A stretch of 62,003 nt of DNA from a virus. Lineage: Duplodnaviria > Caudoviricetes. The DNA is taken from IMG/VR virus record IMGVR_UViG_3300017754_001794, positions 1 to 62,003 of that record. One strand, given 5' to 3'. Positions 7,879-16,731 of the stretch are shown in pieces. A program made the position numbers and the translations under genes. The notes below the pieces were generated by a model. It ran no database searches. It was not told the origin of the DNA and saw only the letters and a list, made by a program, of their open reading frames with translations. Numbering within the stretch: the stretch's first letter is position 1; the number at the start of each line of letters is the position of its first letter.

Positions 7879-8594
7879 AAGAAACACGAGCGCATGCAGT
7901 GCGCGTACTGCACCTCACCATCGGCGACAAAGCAGTCGGCCTGTTCAAGGTCATGGGCGAATGGAATGGCCTGCTGGACGTACAGCACGTCAACAACAGC
8001 AATCTGCAGGGCATCATTGTGGACCCGTTCCCGAACGGTGTTGCCGCCGACGTGGAAAAGATGCTGAAGCTATTTGCCGGCAAGGTAGAGGAGGACCCAG
8101 GGCAGGTAATCAAGCGGATCAAGCTGTCCCCGGCACTGCTCGACAAGGTGCTGCCCGACAAGCCCGGCCCTACGCCCGACGCTGGCCCGTGGCCCTGGGT
8201 GGTGCATACCGCATGGCCCTACGCCTACCACAACCCGGCACCGCCCGCGACGCCAAAGGTCTGCACCGAATGCGGTGGCCCGGGACACTGGCCGCTGCCC
8301 TGTTTGCAGTGGTCGACCCTGCCGGCAGACGTGTTAGCGGAGCTGCGCGACATACGTGAGATTGACGTGCAGATGGAGTTCCGCAACAGCGCACGCGGCA
8401 CCATGGTTGACCGTGAGCCGGTGGGCGTGCATGTTCGCCATGTACCAACAGACAGCGAGGCTGCGCACTGGGGCGACAGCACCCGATACGCGAACTGGGT
8501 GGCGGCCTTGAAGCTGTTGCGCAAGAGTGTTGATGCTGCGCGCATGGCGAACGATGCTGCGCACAGCATGGGCGGCGACCGCAACGCCGATTGA
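7875..8594 (+). CDS. Multidomain protein: CCHC zinc knuckle plus degenerate release-factor (RF-1 domain)-like C-terminus
   Basis: CTECGGPGHWPLPC = Cx2Cx4Hx4C; VHVRHVPT-x14-N-xxx-AL has the same spacing as class I RF domain 3; no GGQ. Confidence 0.6.
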   Translation: MKETRAHAVRVLHLTIGDKAVGLFKVMGEWNGLLDVQHVNNSNLQGIIVDPFPNGVAADVEKMLKLFAGKVEEDPGQVIKRIKLSPALLDKVLPDKPGPTPDAGPWPWVVHTAWPYAYHNPAPPATPKVCTECGGPGHWPLPCLQWSTLPADVLAELRDIREIDVQMEFRNSARGTMVDREPVGVHVRHVPTDSEAAHWGDSTRYANWVAALKLLRKSVDAARMANDAAHSMGGDRNAD

Positions 8595-8651
8595 CATCAA
8601 GGTTAACGCTCGTATCCCACCGCTGTAAAATTGGCCCAGGAGGACCAACCT

Positions 8652-9977
8652 GTGCCAGATTTCCAGACAGACGACCAACGCGGTGCCCACGAATTCTTCC
8701 AGGAGTTCATGGCACTGCCAACCGATAGCCGCCCGCAGGCTGTCATCAAGGGTAATGCAGGCGTTGGCAAGACGTGGACGGTGGGCCACTGCATCGACCT
8801 GTACCTGCAAGAGAAGCCGAATGCCCGTGTGGTAATGGCAGCACCCACAAACAAGGCTGTGGACGTGCTGCGCGGCAAGGTGCGCACCCCAGGCGTGCGC
8901 TTCTGCACCATCGACAGCTTCCTGGGCTACCGCATCAAGCGCAACGACGACTGGAAGGTTGAGCGCACCAAGGCAAGCAAGAGCCCCAACAAGAGCGCTG
9001 ACGAGCCCGACCTGCTGGTGGTTGATGAAGGCTCCATGGTGAAGAAAGACTACGTGGAAGAGCTGGGCTGGACCGCCAAGCGCGTACTCTACTCCATGGA
9101 CCCGGCGCAGTTGCAGCCCATCAACGAAGACGTGTGCGCAGCCGCCAGCATCGAGCGCGCGTACACCATGACCGAGACGGTACGGTTCGCCATGGACAGC
9201 CCGGTCAACCGGCTGGCCTACCTGTTCCGCGACCGCGTCAACGACCGGGGCTTCTTTACCCTGCCCGACATACGGCAGGCTGTAGAAGGCATGGACAACC
9301 GCGTCACCTTCACCAACATGCGCAAGGTGCCTGAGTGGGCTATGGCCGCCGTGCGCAAGGGCCTGGACTGCCGCATACTGGCCTTCACGAACGCTGCAGT
9401 GTGGCAACACAACCAGACAATGCACAACCTGTGCTTCCCTAACGACAGCCTGTTCGGTGTTGGCGAGAAGGCGCTGGTGGCAGACACGTTTGAGATGCCT
9501 AATGAAGAGATGCTGCTAAACGGCGACATTGTAGAGGTGGTGGACTGCCAAGAGGCCGAACCAATCTGCGGCGTGCGCTGCTACGACGTCACGTTCAAGT
9601 ACACCAGCGCAGCAACGGTGAAGAACGCCGACGGCGAGTGGGACGATACCGAGGGCCTGCGTACCGTCAAGGTAGCGCTGTCAGAGTCTGAAGCGGTGCA
9701 GGTTCACAAGGACATCACCAACCGCATCTATGCTGCCCGTGACGCGGGTGACATCCACACCTACCAGACATTGCTGGAGCAGCGCCGCCCGCTGAACAAG
9801 CTGGCCCCGCTGCGCCACAGCTACAGCACCACCATCCACAAGTCGCAGGGCAGCACGTACGACGTCGGCTTTGTGGACTTTGCAGACGTGTACAAGGCCC
9901 GCGACATGCGCGCACGTTTGTTTTACGTCGGCGCCACACGCACCAGCAATTGGCTTACATTCGGTGTCCAGTCTTAA
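8652..9977 (+). CDS. Dda/RecD-like SF1B helicase
   Basis: GNAGVGKT, APTNKA, VVDEGSM, DPAQLQP, TIHKSQGSTYD, YVGATR; GTG start after AGGAGGA. Confidence 0.9.
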   Translation: MPDFQTDDQRGAHEFFQEFMALPTDSRPQAVIKGNAGVGKTWTVGHCIDLYLQEKPNARVVMAAPTNKAVDVLRGKVRTPGVRFCTIDSFLGYRIKRNDDWKVERTKASKSPNKSADEPDLLVVDEGSMVKKDYVEELGWTAKRVLYSMDPAQLQPINEDVCAAASIERAYTMTETVRFAMDSPVNRLAYLFRDRVNDRGFFTLPDIRQAVEGMDNRVTFTNMRKVPEWAMAAVRKGLDCRILAFTNAAVWQHNQTMHNLCFPNDSLFGVGEKALVADTFEMPNEEMLLNGDIVEVVDCQEAEPICGVRCYDVTFKYTSAATVKNADGEWDDTEGLRTVKVALSESEAVQVHKDITNRIYAARDAGDIHTYQTLLEQRRPLNKLAPLRHSYSTTIHKSQGSTYDVGFVDFADVYKARDMRARLFYVGATRTSNWLTFGVQS

Positions 9978-9994
9978 CCACAAGGAGCTTCACT

Positions 9995-10948
9995 ATGCTT
10001 GCATCAACCACACCTGACGCGCGCCTGCGCCAAGTGCTCACCGTTATTCAGAACTATCTGCCACCCGATGGCGGTACGGCCGATGAGGCACTCAACAAGA
10101 TCATTGAACTGGTTGACCCGTGGCCCGCCTTCCCCAGCGACCCCAGCACCTACCAAGACCGAGCGACCGCTTGGTGCAAGGAGTGCGTCGGCGAAGACGC
10201 CTACCTGATTAAGGTGCGCTGCCACCGCTTCTTGGAAGAGGCGCTGGAGCTGGTGCAAGCCCTGGGCAGTAGCAAGGCCGCAGCGCATCGGTTGGTGGAG
10301 TACGTGTACAGCCGGCCAGCCGGCGAGGTGGAGCAAGAGATTGGCGGCACTGTGACAACGCTGGCCGTGCTGTGCAGTGCTGCGGGCTGTGACATGCTGC
10401 AGGCGGGCGAGAAAGAATACAAGCGCGTCAACACGCCCGAAATGATTGCCAAGATCCGCGCCAAGCACAACAGCAAGCCGGACATGGATGACAACCCGCT
10501 ACCGGTGGCCGTTGGCAACATCGAGCCGAACAACGACGAAGTTATCTGCCCCAACTGCACCACCCAGTTCAGGGCCATACCCGTCAACGTGCAGGCCATG
10601 CTGATAGAGTCGGACTACGAACCGCCCTTCACGTCTACACCGCCGCGCCTGTACCCCGTGTCTGTGCTGCGCGAGGCGCTGGCGCGCAGCAAGCTGGTGC
10701 CGCTGCCGTACCGCAACGAGATCGCGTCCGAGTTTGAACACTTGTGGCACATGCACAAGGCCCGCTTGCCGGCAAACGACGTCAAGAGTTACCTCAGGTA
10801 CGTGGCGCAGCGTGAAGCCCTGTCCTGCGCCGGCCTGTACAGCTACGCGCCGACGTCACTGGAAGAGGCCGTCAACTTTGAACCGCACGAGTGGGTCCTC
10901 AACGCCATGGCAACCGCTGTGCATGAGCTGGGCCGGGTGCCGCAATGA
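9995..10948 (+). CDS. Mosaic protein with a MazG-like all-alpha NTP pyrophosphohydrolase domain and a CxxC module
   Basis: RFLEEALELVQA...EQEIGG pattern; VICPNC; AAGGAG RBS. Confidence 0.55.
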   Translation: MLASTTPDARLRQVLTVIQNYLPPDGGTADEALNKIIELVDPWPAFPSDPSTYQDRATAWCKECVGEDAYLIKVRCHRFLEEALELVQALGSSKAAAHRLVEYVYSRPAGEVEQEIGGTVTTLAVLCSAAGCDMLQAGEKEYKRVNTPEMIAKIRAKHNSKPDMDDNPLPVAVGNIEPNNDEVICPNCTTQFRAIPVNVQAMLIESDYEPPFTSTPPRLYPVSVLREALARSKLVPLPYRNEIASEFEHLWHMHKARLPANDVKSYLRYVAQREALSCAGLYSYAPTSLEEAVNFEPHEWVLNAMATAVHELGRVPQ

Positions 10949-11163
10949 GCAACGAGCCGACCAAGAAGGTGATGACGCTGGAGGCGGCCTTGCACAGGAA
11001 TCTTGTGGCTATACGCCTCAGCAAGTCGCTGCAGGGTCGCGTCATGGAAGCGTTCCGCGCCGCACGCACAGAGATCGCAATCCATCGCGGCCACCCCGTG
11101 CCCGTCCGAGTAATGCCCAAGGTGAAACATGAACCTCCAAAAGAGCCACAAGAAGGCCGCTGA
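10945..11163 (+). CDS. Hypothetical protein
   Basis: ATGA overlap; 72 aa. Confidence 0.5.
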   Translation: MSNEPTKKVMTLEAALHRNLVAIRLSKSLQGRVMEAFRAARTEIAIHRGHPVPVRVMPKVKHEPPKEPQEGR

Positions 11164-11509
11164 CGCGCTGCTGGCGGCCTACCCCGCCAGCAAGTGGGGC
11201 GACGCTGCCCAGGACGCTATGGGGCGCCTTGCCGAGGCCCTCAGCTACGACGTCGCCCGGCACATGGCCGAAATGTTCCTGGGGCGCCCGCTGCCGCGTG
11301 GTGTGCTGCGCTGGCCGACGTGCTGGGACGGGCGCACGTTGGAAATAGCAGTGGATGACGTAACCGCTATGACCATGGCTGCAGCCGTAGAAGAGGGCGA
11401 GGCGGTTAGCATGGAGCGCTGGGGCTACGCCGGGCTGTGGACGTTGTCTGACACCCGCAAACTGCTGATGACACCACGCGCGTACATCCTTACCTACCGC
11501 AGGCAGTAA
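11129..11509 (+). CDS. Hypothetical protein
   Basis: AAGGTG RBS; 126 aa. Confidence 0.6.
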   Translation: MNLQKSHKKAADALLAAYPASKWGDAAQDAMGRLAEALSYDVARHMAEMFLGRPLPRGVLRWPTCWDGRTLEIAVDDVTAMTMAAAVEEGEAVSMERWGYAGLWTLSDTRKLLMTPRAYILTYRRQ

Positions 11510-11511
11510 CC

Positions 11512-11826
11512 ATGACAAAGATGTACGGCACCGGCATTAAGACGCGCCGTACTGGCCTGTCTGCCTACACCATGACCATGCGCATGCAGCGCGTGCGTGA
11601 GCTGCTACTAGACATGACATACGGCGCAACGGTTGCTGAGATAGCGGCCATGCACGACGAAAAGACGCGCCGCGTTGAAAGCGTGCTGCACCGTATGTCT
11701 GACGCATACATCGACCATTGGCAGCCAACGCCAGAAAACACCTGGGAGGCCGTCTGGTGCTTGGCAGTAACGCCAGCCCACTGCCCCAGGCCACCGCAAC
11801 CACCAAACAGGACACATTCTAAATGA
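11512..11826 (+). CDS. Putative winged-helix DNA-binding protein
   Basis: VRELLLDMTYGATVAEIAA...VESVLHRMSDAYIDHW. Confidence 0.55.
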   Translation: MTKMYGTGIKTRRTGLSAYTMTMRMQRVRELLLDMTYGATVAEIAAMHDEKTRRVESVLHRMSDAYIDHWQPTPENTWEAVWCLAVTPAHCPRPPQPPNRTHSK

Positions 11827-12299
11827 CAGTTATTGCATGGGACGGCACCACGCTTGCCACCGACAGCCGCGCCACATACGGCAACCAGAACACCACTGTT
11901 GCTAAGATCTGGACGGTTGGCAACTACGCTATCGCCGGCTGCGGCACAAACCCGGCATATGACGAACTCGTGCATTGGGCAAAGATGAAGTGCGCGAAAA
12001 CGCCCGTGGACTTCCCGGCAAGCGCGAAGGACAGCGGCGCTGCTGTGGTCATAGCAGACATGCAAAGCAAGGAGCTTACGCGCTACGATTCGTCCGAACA
12101 CGGCACCCTTATCTTAGACCCGCTGCACGCTGCTGGCACGGGCGGTGACGTAGCCCTGGGCGCCATGGCAAGCGGCGCCAGCGCGCAGACAGCCGTTCGC
12201 ATAGCTGCCCGCTTCAACTGCGCCTGCGGCCTGCCGGTGCAGTACGTGGCCTGCACCGGGGCCACCGGCAAAACGCTCAAAGTGTTGCAAGACATCTAA
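11823..12299 (+). CDS. HslV/proteasome-beta-like Ntn peptidase
   Basis: N-terminal (M)TVIAWDG...LATDSRAT and AAGTGGDVALGAM motifs. Confidence 0.8.
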   Translation: MTVIAWDGTTLATDSRATYGNQNTTVAKIWTVGNYAIAGCGTNPAYDELVHWAKMKCAKTPVDFPASAKDSGAAVVIADMQSKELTRYDSSEHGTLILDPLHAAGTGGDVALGAMASGASAQTAVRIAARFNCACGLPVQYVACTGATGKTLKVLQDI

Positions 12300-12360
12300 C
12301 TCCACAAGCTCGTTTGCAAGCTCCACAATAGAGCCACCAAACGAGCTAAAGGAGCAGTAA

Positions 12361-13161
12361 ATGAGCCAAGAGAAGTTGATTGACAGGGTGCGCAAGCTGT
12401 TGCGCTTGGCAGAGAACGAGGCGGCCAGTCAGGGCGAGCGCGACAATGCGTTCCGCATGGCAAACAACATCCTCATCAAGCACAACCTTGCCATGTCAGA
12501 GGTCAAGGATGTGGGCCAGCAAGAAGCCCGCGTGAACGAAGATGCCGAGCTGTGCATCTACCCTTGGGCGCGCGACGTGTCCAACATTGTGGCCCGCGCC
12601 TTTATGTGCAAGTTCCTCTTCCAGCGCAAGGGCTTCGGCACCACCGGCACGCACACCTTCATCGGCCGCGCAGGCAACGCGGTCACAGCGGCTGAGATGT
12701 CCCGCTTCTTGATTGCCAACATCCAGACCGAGCAGCGCAAGCTCTACGGCGGCATCACCGTACCTCAGGCCCGCGACTTCGCGCTGGGCGTGGTTGCTGC
12801 GCTGACGCAGAAGGCTGCAGCAGTGCGACGTGAGGCAGAGGTGGCCGAAGCCAAAGAGGCCCAGGCCGCCACCGAGCGCGCAGCGGCCAACGCAGCAGCC
12901 GGCGTTATCGCCCTGGGCGGCCCCGCCATGTCTACCTCTACCGCGCTCACCATTGCGACGCTGTACACGCAAGAAGAGCAGGCCAACAAAGACTTCATGT
13001 ACGAGCTTTACCCCAGCATCAAACACGTGAAGGACAAGCAGCACGATATCAAGAGCCGCAGCGCCGCAAGCGTCGGCTTTGCGCACGGCCAGAAGTTGAG
13101 CTTGAACGCCCAACTGACCGGCGCAAAGCGCGCCCCTACCTCCGCCCTCAAACTCAAGTAA
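12361..13161 (+). CDS. DUF2786-domain protein
   Basis: IDRVRKLLRLAE...ERDNA...LIKHNL N-terminal motif; AAGGAG RBS. Confidence 0.75.
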   Translation: MSQEKLIDRVRKLLRLAENEAASQGERDNAFRMANNILIKHNLAMSEVKDVGQQEARVNEDAELCIYPWARDVSNIVARAFMCKFLFQRKGFGTTGTHTFIGRAGNAVTAAEMSRFLIANIQTEQRKLYGGITVPQARDFALGVVAALTQKAAAVRREAEVAEAKEAQAATERAAANAAAGVIALGGPAMSTSTALTIATLYTQEEQANKDFMYELYPSIKHVKDKQHDIKSRSAASVGFAHGQKLSLNAQLTGAKRAPTSALKLK

Positions 13162-13168
13162 CCACATC

Positions 13169-13507
13169 ATGCACCAAGAACACACCAGCAACCTGGAAGC
13201 GTTGCACACCGCCCAAAACCCGCAGAACGTCTGGGCCGCCTTTTGGAGCTGGTTCACGGGGCGCAAGCCGCCCGCACCCAGCGCGTTGACGCTGGCTCAC
13301 GTGGACCTGGACAACTGCCGGGCCAACGCCCTGCAGCACGCCCGTGACGCCGAGTACCACACGGCGATGAGCCGCATGCTGAAGGACCGCGAGAAGCGGC
13401 TGGTGGCAGAGATCGAACGCATGGCTATCGACTGGCCGAAAGAAGACACGGTTGCGCCCGGCAACGTGCGTAACTTCAAGCCGGCCGAACATTACCGGCT
13501 GTCTTAA
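13169..13507 (+). CDS. Hypothetical protein
   Basis: 112-aa ORF in the operon. Confidence 0.65.
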   Translation: MHQEHTSNLEALHTAQNPQNVWAAFWSWFTGRKPPAPSALTLAHVDLDNCRANALQHARDAEYHTAMSRMLKDREKRLVAEIERMAIDWPKEDTVAPGNVRNFKPAEHYRLS

Positions 13508-13534
13508 CATACGGCCACAACCAAGGAGAACCCT

Positions 13535-13903
13535 GTGCCAATTAACATCGGCCTCGACTACGACGGCACCTTCACAGCCGACCCGAACCTGTGGCTGCGC
13601 TTCATTCTCGACGCCCAGGCGGCAGGGCATGAGGTGCATGTGGTCACCATGCGCTACCCCAGCGAGACGGCCAACGCCGATCCCGAGGCCAAAAATTACT
13701 TTGACCCGCGTCTGCGCGCCCTGGGTTGCCGTGTGCATGCCACCAGCCGGGGCGCCAAGAAGCCTTACATGCTGCAGCATGGTATCAATATCCACGTCTG
13801 GATCGACGACAACCCCAAGGCCGTAGACCTGGACGCGACAGTGCTGTGGCCCGACCAGGACATCGCGCCCGAAGGTCACCCCGTGGTGCCCGTTCATGGC
13901 TGA
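13535..13903 (+). CDS. HAD-superfamily hydrolase
   Basis: IGLDYDGTF, VVTMR, WIDDNP motifs. Confidence 0.8.
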   Translation: MPINIGLDYDGTFTADPNLWLRFILDAQAAGHEVHVVTMRYPSETANADPEAKNYFDPRLRALGCRVHATSRGAKKPYMLQHGINIHVWIDDNPKAVDLDATVLWPDQDIAPEGHPVVPVHG

Positions 13904-14135
13904 CGCACTGCGCACCTACCGGGCGGGGCCGGTAGAGGAGTACAACTACCCGGAGGCCGGCGACCCGCGCCCCGGCAGTAATGAGCAAGTGTCTATCCTT
14001 ACCGAAGGTGGCATCTGCATTCGTGGCACCTGGAAGGACGATGCGGGCTTCCTGGGCTGGGCCAATTTTCCACCGCGCAACAAAGAGAAAGAAGAGCTGA
14101 TTTATGAGCAACGACGTAACCGCGCCAGTGCGTAA
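13896..14135 (+). CDS. Hypothetical protein
   Basis: 79 aa; overlaps neighbours. Confidence 0.6.
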   Translation: MADALRTYRAGPVEEYNYPEAGDPRPGSNEQVSILTEGGICIRGTWKDDAGFLGWANFPPRNKEKEELIYEQRRNRASA

Positions 14136-14532
14136 GCAGTACAGCCATTATCACAAGCGCGTGCCCACTGGTGTCACGCACATCGACGTCTACCGTGTGC
14201 TGCAGATGTGGGACGTGCGCGACCCCTGCCTGCAGCACGCCCTGAAGAAGTTGCTGGTGGCCGGTGGTCGCGGCAGCAAGGGCGTAGAAAAAGACGTGGC
14301 CGAAGCGATTGCGTCGCTGCAGCGCTGGCAAGAGATGCACGAGGAGGACCAAGCCCCCGGCCCCGCCACGCCTGCGGCCCCGCCAGCGCCCTGGGCACCA
14401 GCGCCAGCACCCCAGGCCCCAACCCGGCCCGTCAACAGCGGCCTGCCGCCCCCTGCGTTGCCCGGTGGCCTGCCAGCGGCACCCCAGCCCCCTGCGCCCC
14501 CACCACTGCCCCACGGCGCAAGCGGGTATTGA
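14104..14532 (+). CDS. DUF3310-like protein with a Pro-rich tail
   Basis: YSHY...IDVYRVL...LQHALKKLLVAGGRGSK...D..EAI.SL.RW. Confidence 0.6.
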   Translation: MSNDVTAPVRKQYSHYHKRVPTGVTHIDVYRVLQMWDVRDPCLQHALKKLLVAGGRGSKGVEKDVAEAIASLQRWQEMHEEDQAPGPATPAAPPAPWAPAPAPQAPTRPVNSGLPPPALPGGLPAAPQPPAPPPLPHGASGY

Positions 14533-14533
14533 T

Positions 14534-14788
14534 ATGCCAGTTGTCTCCATCACAGACGACGAGCTGGAGGCCTTTAAAGGCCACTGCGCCGCCCAGGGCT
14601 GGGTGGAGGCACCCAAGGCAGTGGACACCCTCTACAAGGCCAGCAAGCCGGGCGTAAAGGACCACCTTCTGATCGCCCGGCACCCGTGGTCCAACGGCAG
14701 CAAAGGCATCCGCAACTTCAACAACGTTGCCAAAGCCGCCTTCGACCGCTACCGTGTACTGCAGCAACGCGGGAAGGTGCCGACATGA
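14534..14788 (+). CDS. Hypothetical protein
   Basis: ATG at 14534 (MPVVSITDDE...). Confidence 0.6.
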   Translation: MPVVSITDDELEAFKGHCAAQGWVEAPKAVDTLYKASKPGVKDHLLIARHPWSNGSKGIRNFNNVAKAAFDRYRVLQQRGKVPT

Positions 14789-15129
14789 GCAAGGTGGTGC
14801 CCTTTGGGCGCAAGCCCGAGACGCCGGATAACCACATGGTGCGCGACTGCCTGTGCGTGGCTTGTGGTCATGCGTGGACAGGCGTAATGCCGTTTCACAC
14901 CAAGGGCCAGTCTACCGGCCCTGAAGACTGCGCGCTGGAGTGCCCGAGCTGCGGCGCCCTGCGCGGTGTCTACAAAAAGAACATACAGCACGAGACAGGC
15001 ATGCAGTGGACCTGCGTGTCGTGCCAAGGCTTCTTGTTCACCATCTCTCTGCGGCCCGACAGTACGGCACCCGTGCTCATGTGCGCGGGCTGCGCCAACG
15101 AAGCTTCAGCAATGGATATGTTCCCATGA
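14785..15129 (+). CDS. Double zinc-ribbon protein
   Basis: Four CxxC pairs; ATGA overlap. Confidence 0.65.
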   Translation: MSKVVPFGRKPETPDNHMVRDCLCVACGHAWTGVMPFHTKGQSTGPEDCALECPSCGALRGVYKKNIQHETGMQWTCVSCQGFLFTISLRPDSTAPVLMCAGCANEASAMDMFP

Positions 15130-15410
15130 ATATCGCCGACCAACTCAAGGGCACCGGCCCTTACACACTGCCCTGCGAATACGCAGCAGAGGCGCACTTC
15201 GCTGCAGTGCTGCAGGGTGACGGCAGCATGGGGCCGCCCAAGCTCCGCGGTCTCGTCATTGAATGGCACCAGCGCGGCGAGCGCGTGGTAGAGCAGTCCA
15301 CGCAGATCCTCAACCTGCAGCGCCGCCTCCGCGAGCTGGAGAATGAGATGGGCGTGCTGCGCGCAGCCAATCGGCGCATGGCAAAGGCTGACGGCAATGG
15401 CAACGATTAA
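15126..15410 (+). CDS. Hypothetical coiled-coil protein
   Basis: ATGA overlap; C-terminal heptads. Confidence 0.55.
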   Translation: MNIADQLKGTGPYTLPCEYAAEAHFAAVLQGDGSMGPPKLRGLVIEWHQRGERVVEQSTQILNLQRRLRELENEMGVLRAANRRMAKADGNGND

Positions 15411-15864
15411 GCCCGGCTTTAACATCGACGAGCACTGCGACAAGCTGGCCTCGTCGGGCACCGAGCACGCGCACCAACGGGCCTTCTTCCAGTGGCTGCA
15501 CTGGGCTGACAACGGCCTGCCGCCGCTGATGGGCAAGCTGGCTTTCGCCGTGCCCAACGGAGGCAAACGCGACAAGATAACAGCGGCCCGCCTGTCGGTA
15601 GAGGGCGTTAAGTCGGGCGTGCCTGATGTGGTCATACCCTACCCGGTGCCGCACCCATTGCCGGGCGGTAACAGCTTCTGGCGTCACGGCCTGTACGTGG
15701 AGCTCAAGGTAGACACCAACACAACCAGCGAGACACAAGACATCTGGTTGGAGGCCCTCGACAGTTTGGGCTACAGTGTGGCTGTCTGCTGGGGCTGGCG
15801 TGCAGCCCGGCAGGCTGTCTTAGACTACATAGGAGGGCGTGATGTCCAAAGGAAATATCGGTGA
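15397..15864 (+). CDS. VRR-NUC family PD-(D/E)xK endonuclease
   Basis: EHAHQ, FAVPNGGKR, GVKSGVPD, YVELK, Q..W...L...GY. Confidence 0.88.
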   Translation: MATIKPGFNIDEHCDKLASSGTEHAHQRAFFQWLHWADNGLPPLMGKLAFAVPNGGKRDKITAARLSVEGVKSGVPDVVIPYPVPHPLPGGNSFWRHGLYVELKVDTNTTSETQDIWLEALDSLGYSVAVCWGWRAARQAVLDYIGGRDVQRKYR

Positions 15865-16129
15865 CGGTGTACGCGCTTTGTTCGGGCTGATGGGCAAGAC
15901 GCAAGACAACCAAGCAAAGCGCGAAGCGCTGTCCATGCAACTGTCTGCGCAACTGCAATTGCACGTTGCCCGCATCATGAACGGCTGCACGGGCGTAGAA
16001 GAGTCAGACATGCGGCGCAACATGCACGAGACGTTGGACCAACTGCTGGACAACGTGTGCGAAATGGGCGGTATCAAGAAGCAGGTTGACGAACACAACC
16101 CCGCTGACTTCCGCCCGCCAAGTGCCTAA
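15842..16129 (+). CDS. Hypothetical protein
   Basis: AGGAGG RBS. Confidence 0.6.
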   Translation: MSKGNIGDGVRALFGLMGKTQDNQAKREALSMQLSAQLQLHVARIMNGCTGVEESDMRRNMHETLDQLLDNVCEMGGIKKQVDEHNPADFRPPSA

Positions 16130-16218
16130 GACTTCACGTCTGTAGCGCAGCACTTCACACCCGCTATTATCCGGGCACCGGCTTCGGCATGTGCCCGGCG
16201 CGGTTGTGAAGAGCACCT

Positions 16219-16731
16219 ATGAACCAACGAGATGACGACGTCCCCTGGACATGGGCAGCAATGGAGCCCGAGCCGGTAGGTCAAGAACGCGAAGTCCTTG
16301 ACCGCTTTTGTGCCGAGTACATGATTGACGGCGACTACGTTGCCGCAGCGTTCCGCGTTGGCTTCCAAGACGGCTTTGCCCAGCAATACGGCAAACAGTT
16401 CCTCAACCGCTCGTATGTCCAGCGCCGCCTGCGCGCAATGAAGGACACCAAGCCGGTAAGCGCCAAAGATACAGACGAGTACATGAAGCAGGCCGTGGCC
16501 CGGCGCATGTACGAGATCGCAATGGACCCCCTCAGCAAGCGCAGCGACGCTGTAAGGGCCGCGCAGCGCCTCGCCACCCTGCATGCCTGGGACCAGCCCG
16601 CGCAGCGCGCTACGGTGGGCGCAGGGCACGCCAGCGGGGTGATTGTGGTGCCTGTGGGTTCGCTGGACGAGTGGGAGGCCGCCGCCACCGCATCGCAAAA
16701 CAAACTTATCGAAGACTCAAGGGTTGACTGA
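16219..16731 (+). CDS. terS: Terminase small subunit
   Basis: RFCAEYMIDGDYVAAAFRVGF HTH; immediately upstream of TerL. Confidence 0.8.
   Translation: MNQRDDDVPWTWAAMEPEPVGQEREVLDRFCAEYMIDGDYVAAAFRVGFQDGFAQQYGKQFLNRSYVQRRLRAMKDTKPVSAKDTDEYMKQAVARRMYEIAMDPLSKRSDAVRAAQRLATLHAWDQPAQRATVGAGHASGVIVVPVGSLDEWEAAATASQNKLIEDSRVD

Noticed and set aside
8591-8630. TTGACA as a sigma70 -35 box upstream of the Dda-like helicase
   Set aside because: No -10 hexamer at 16-18 bp spacing; it overlaps the preceding stop codon.
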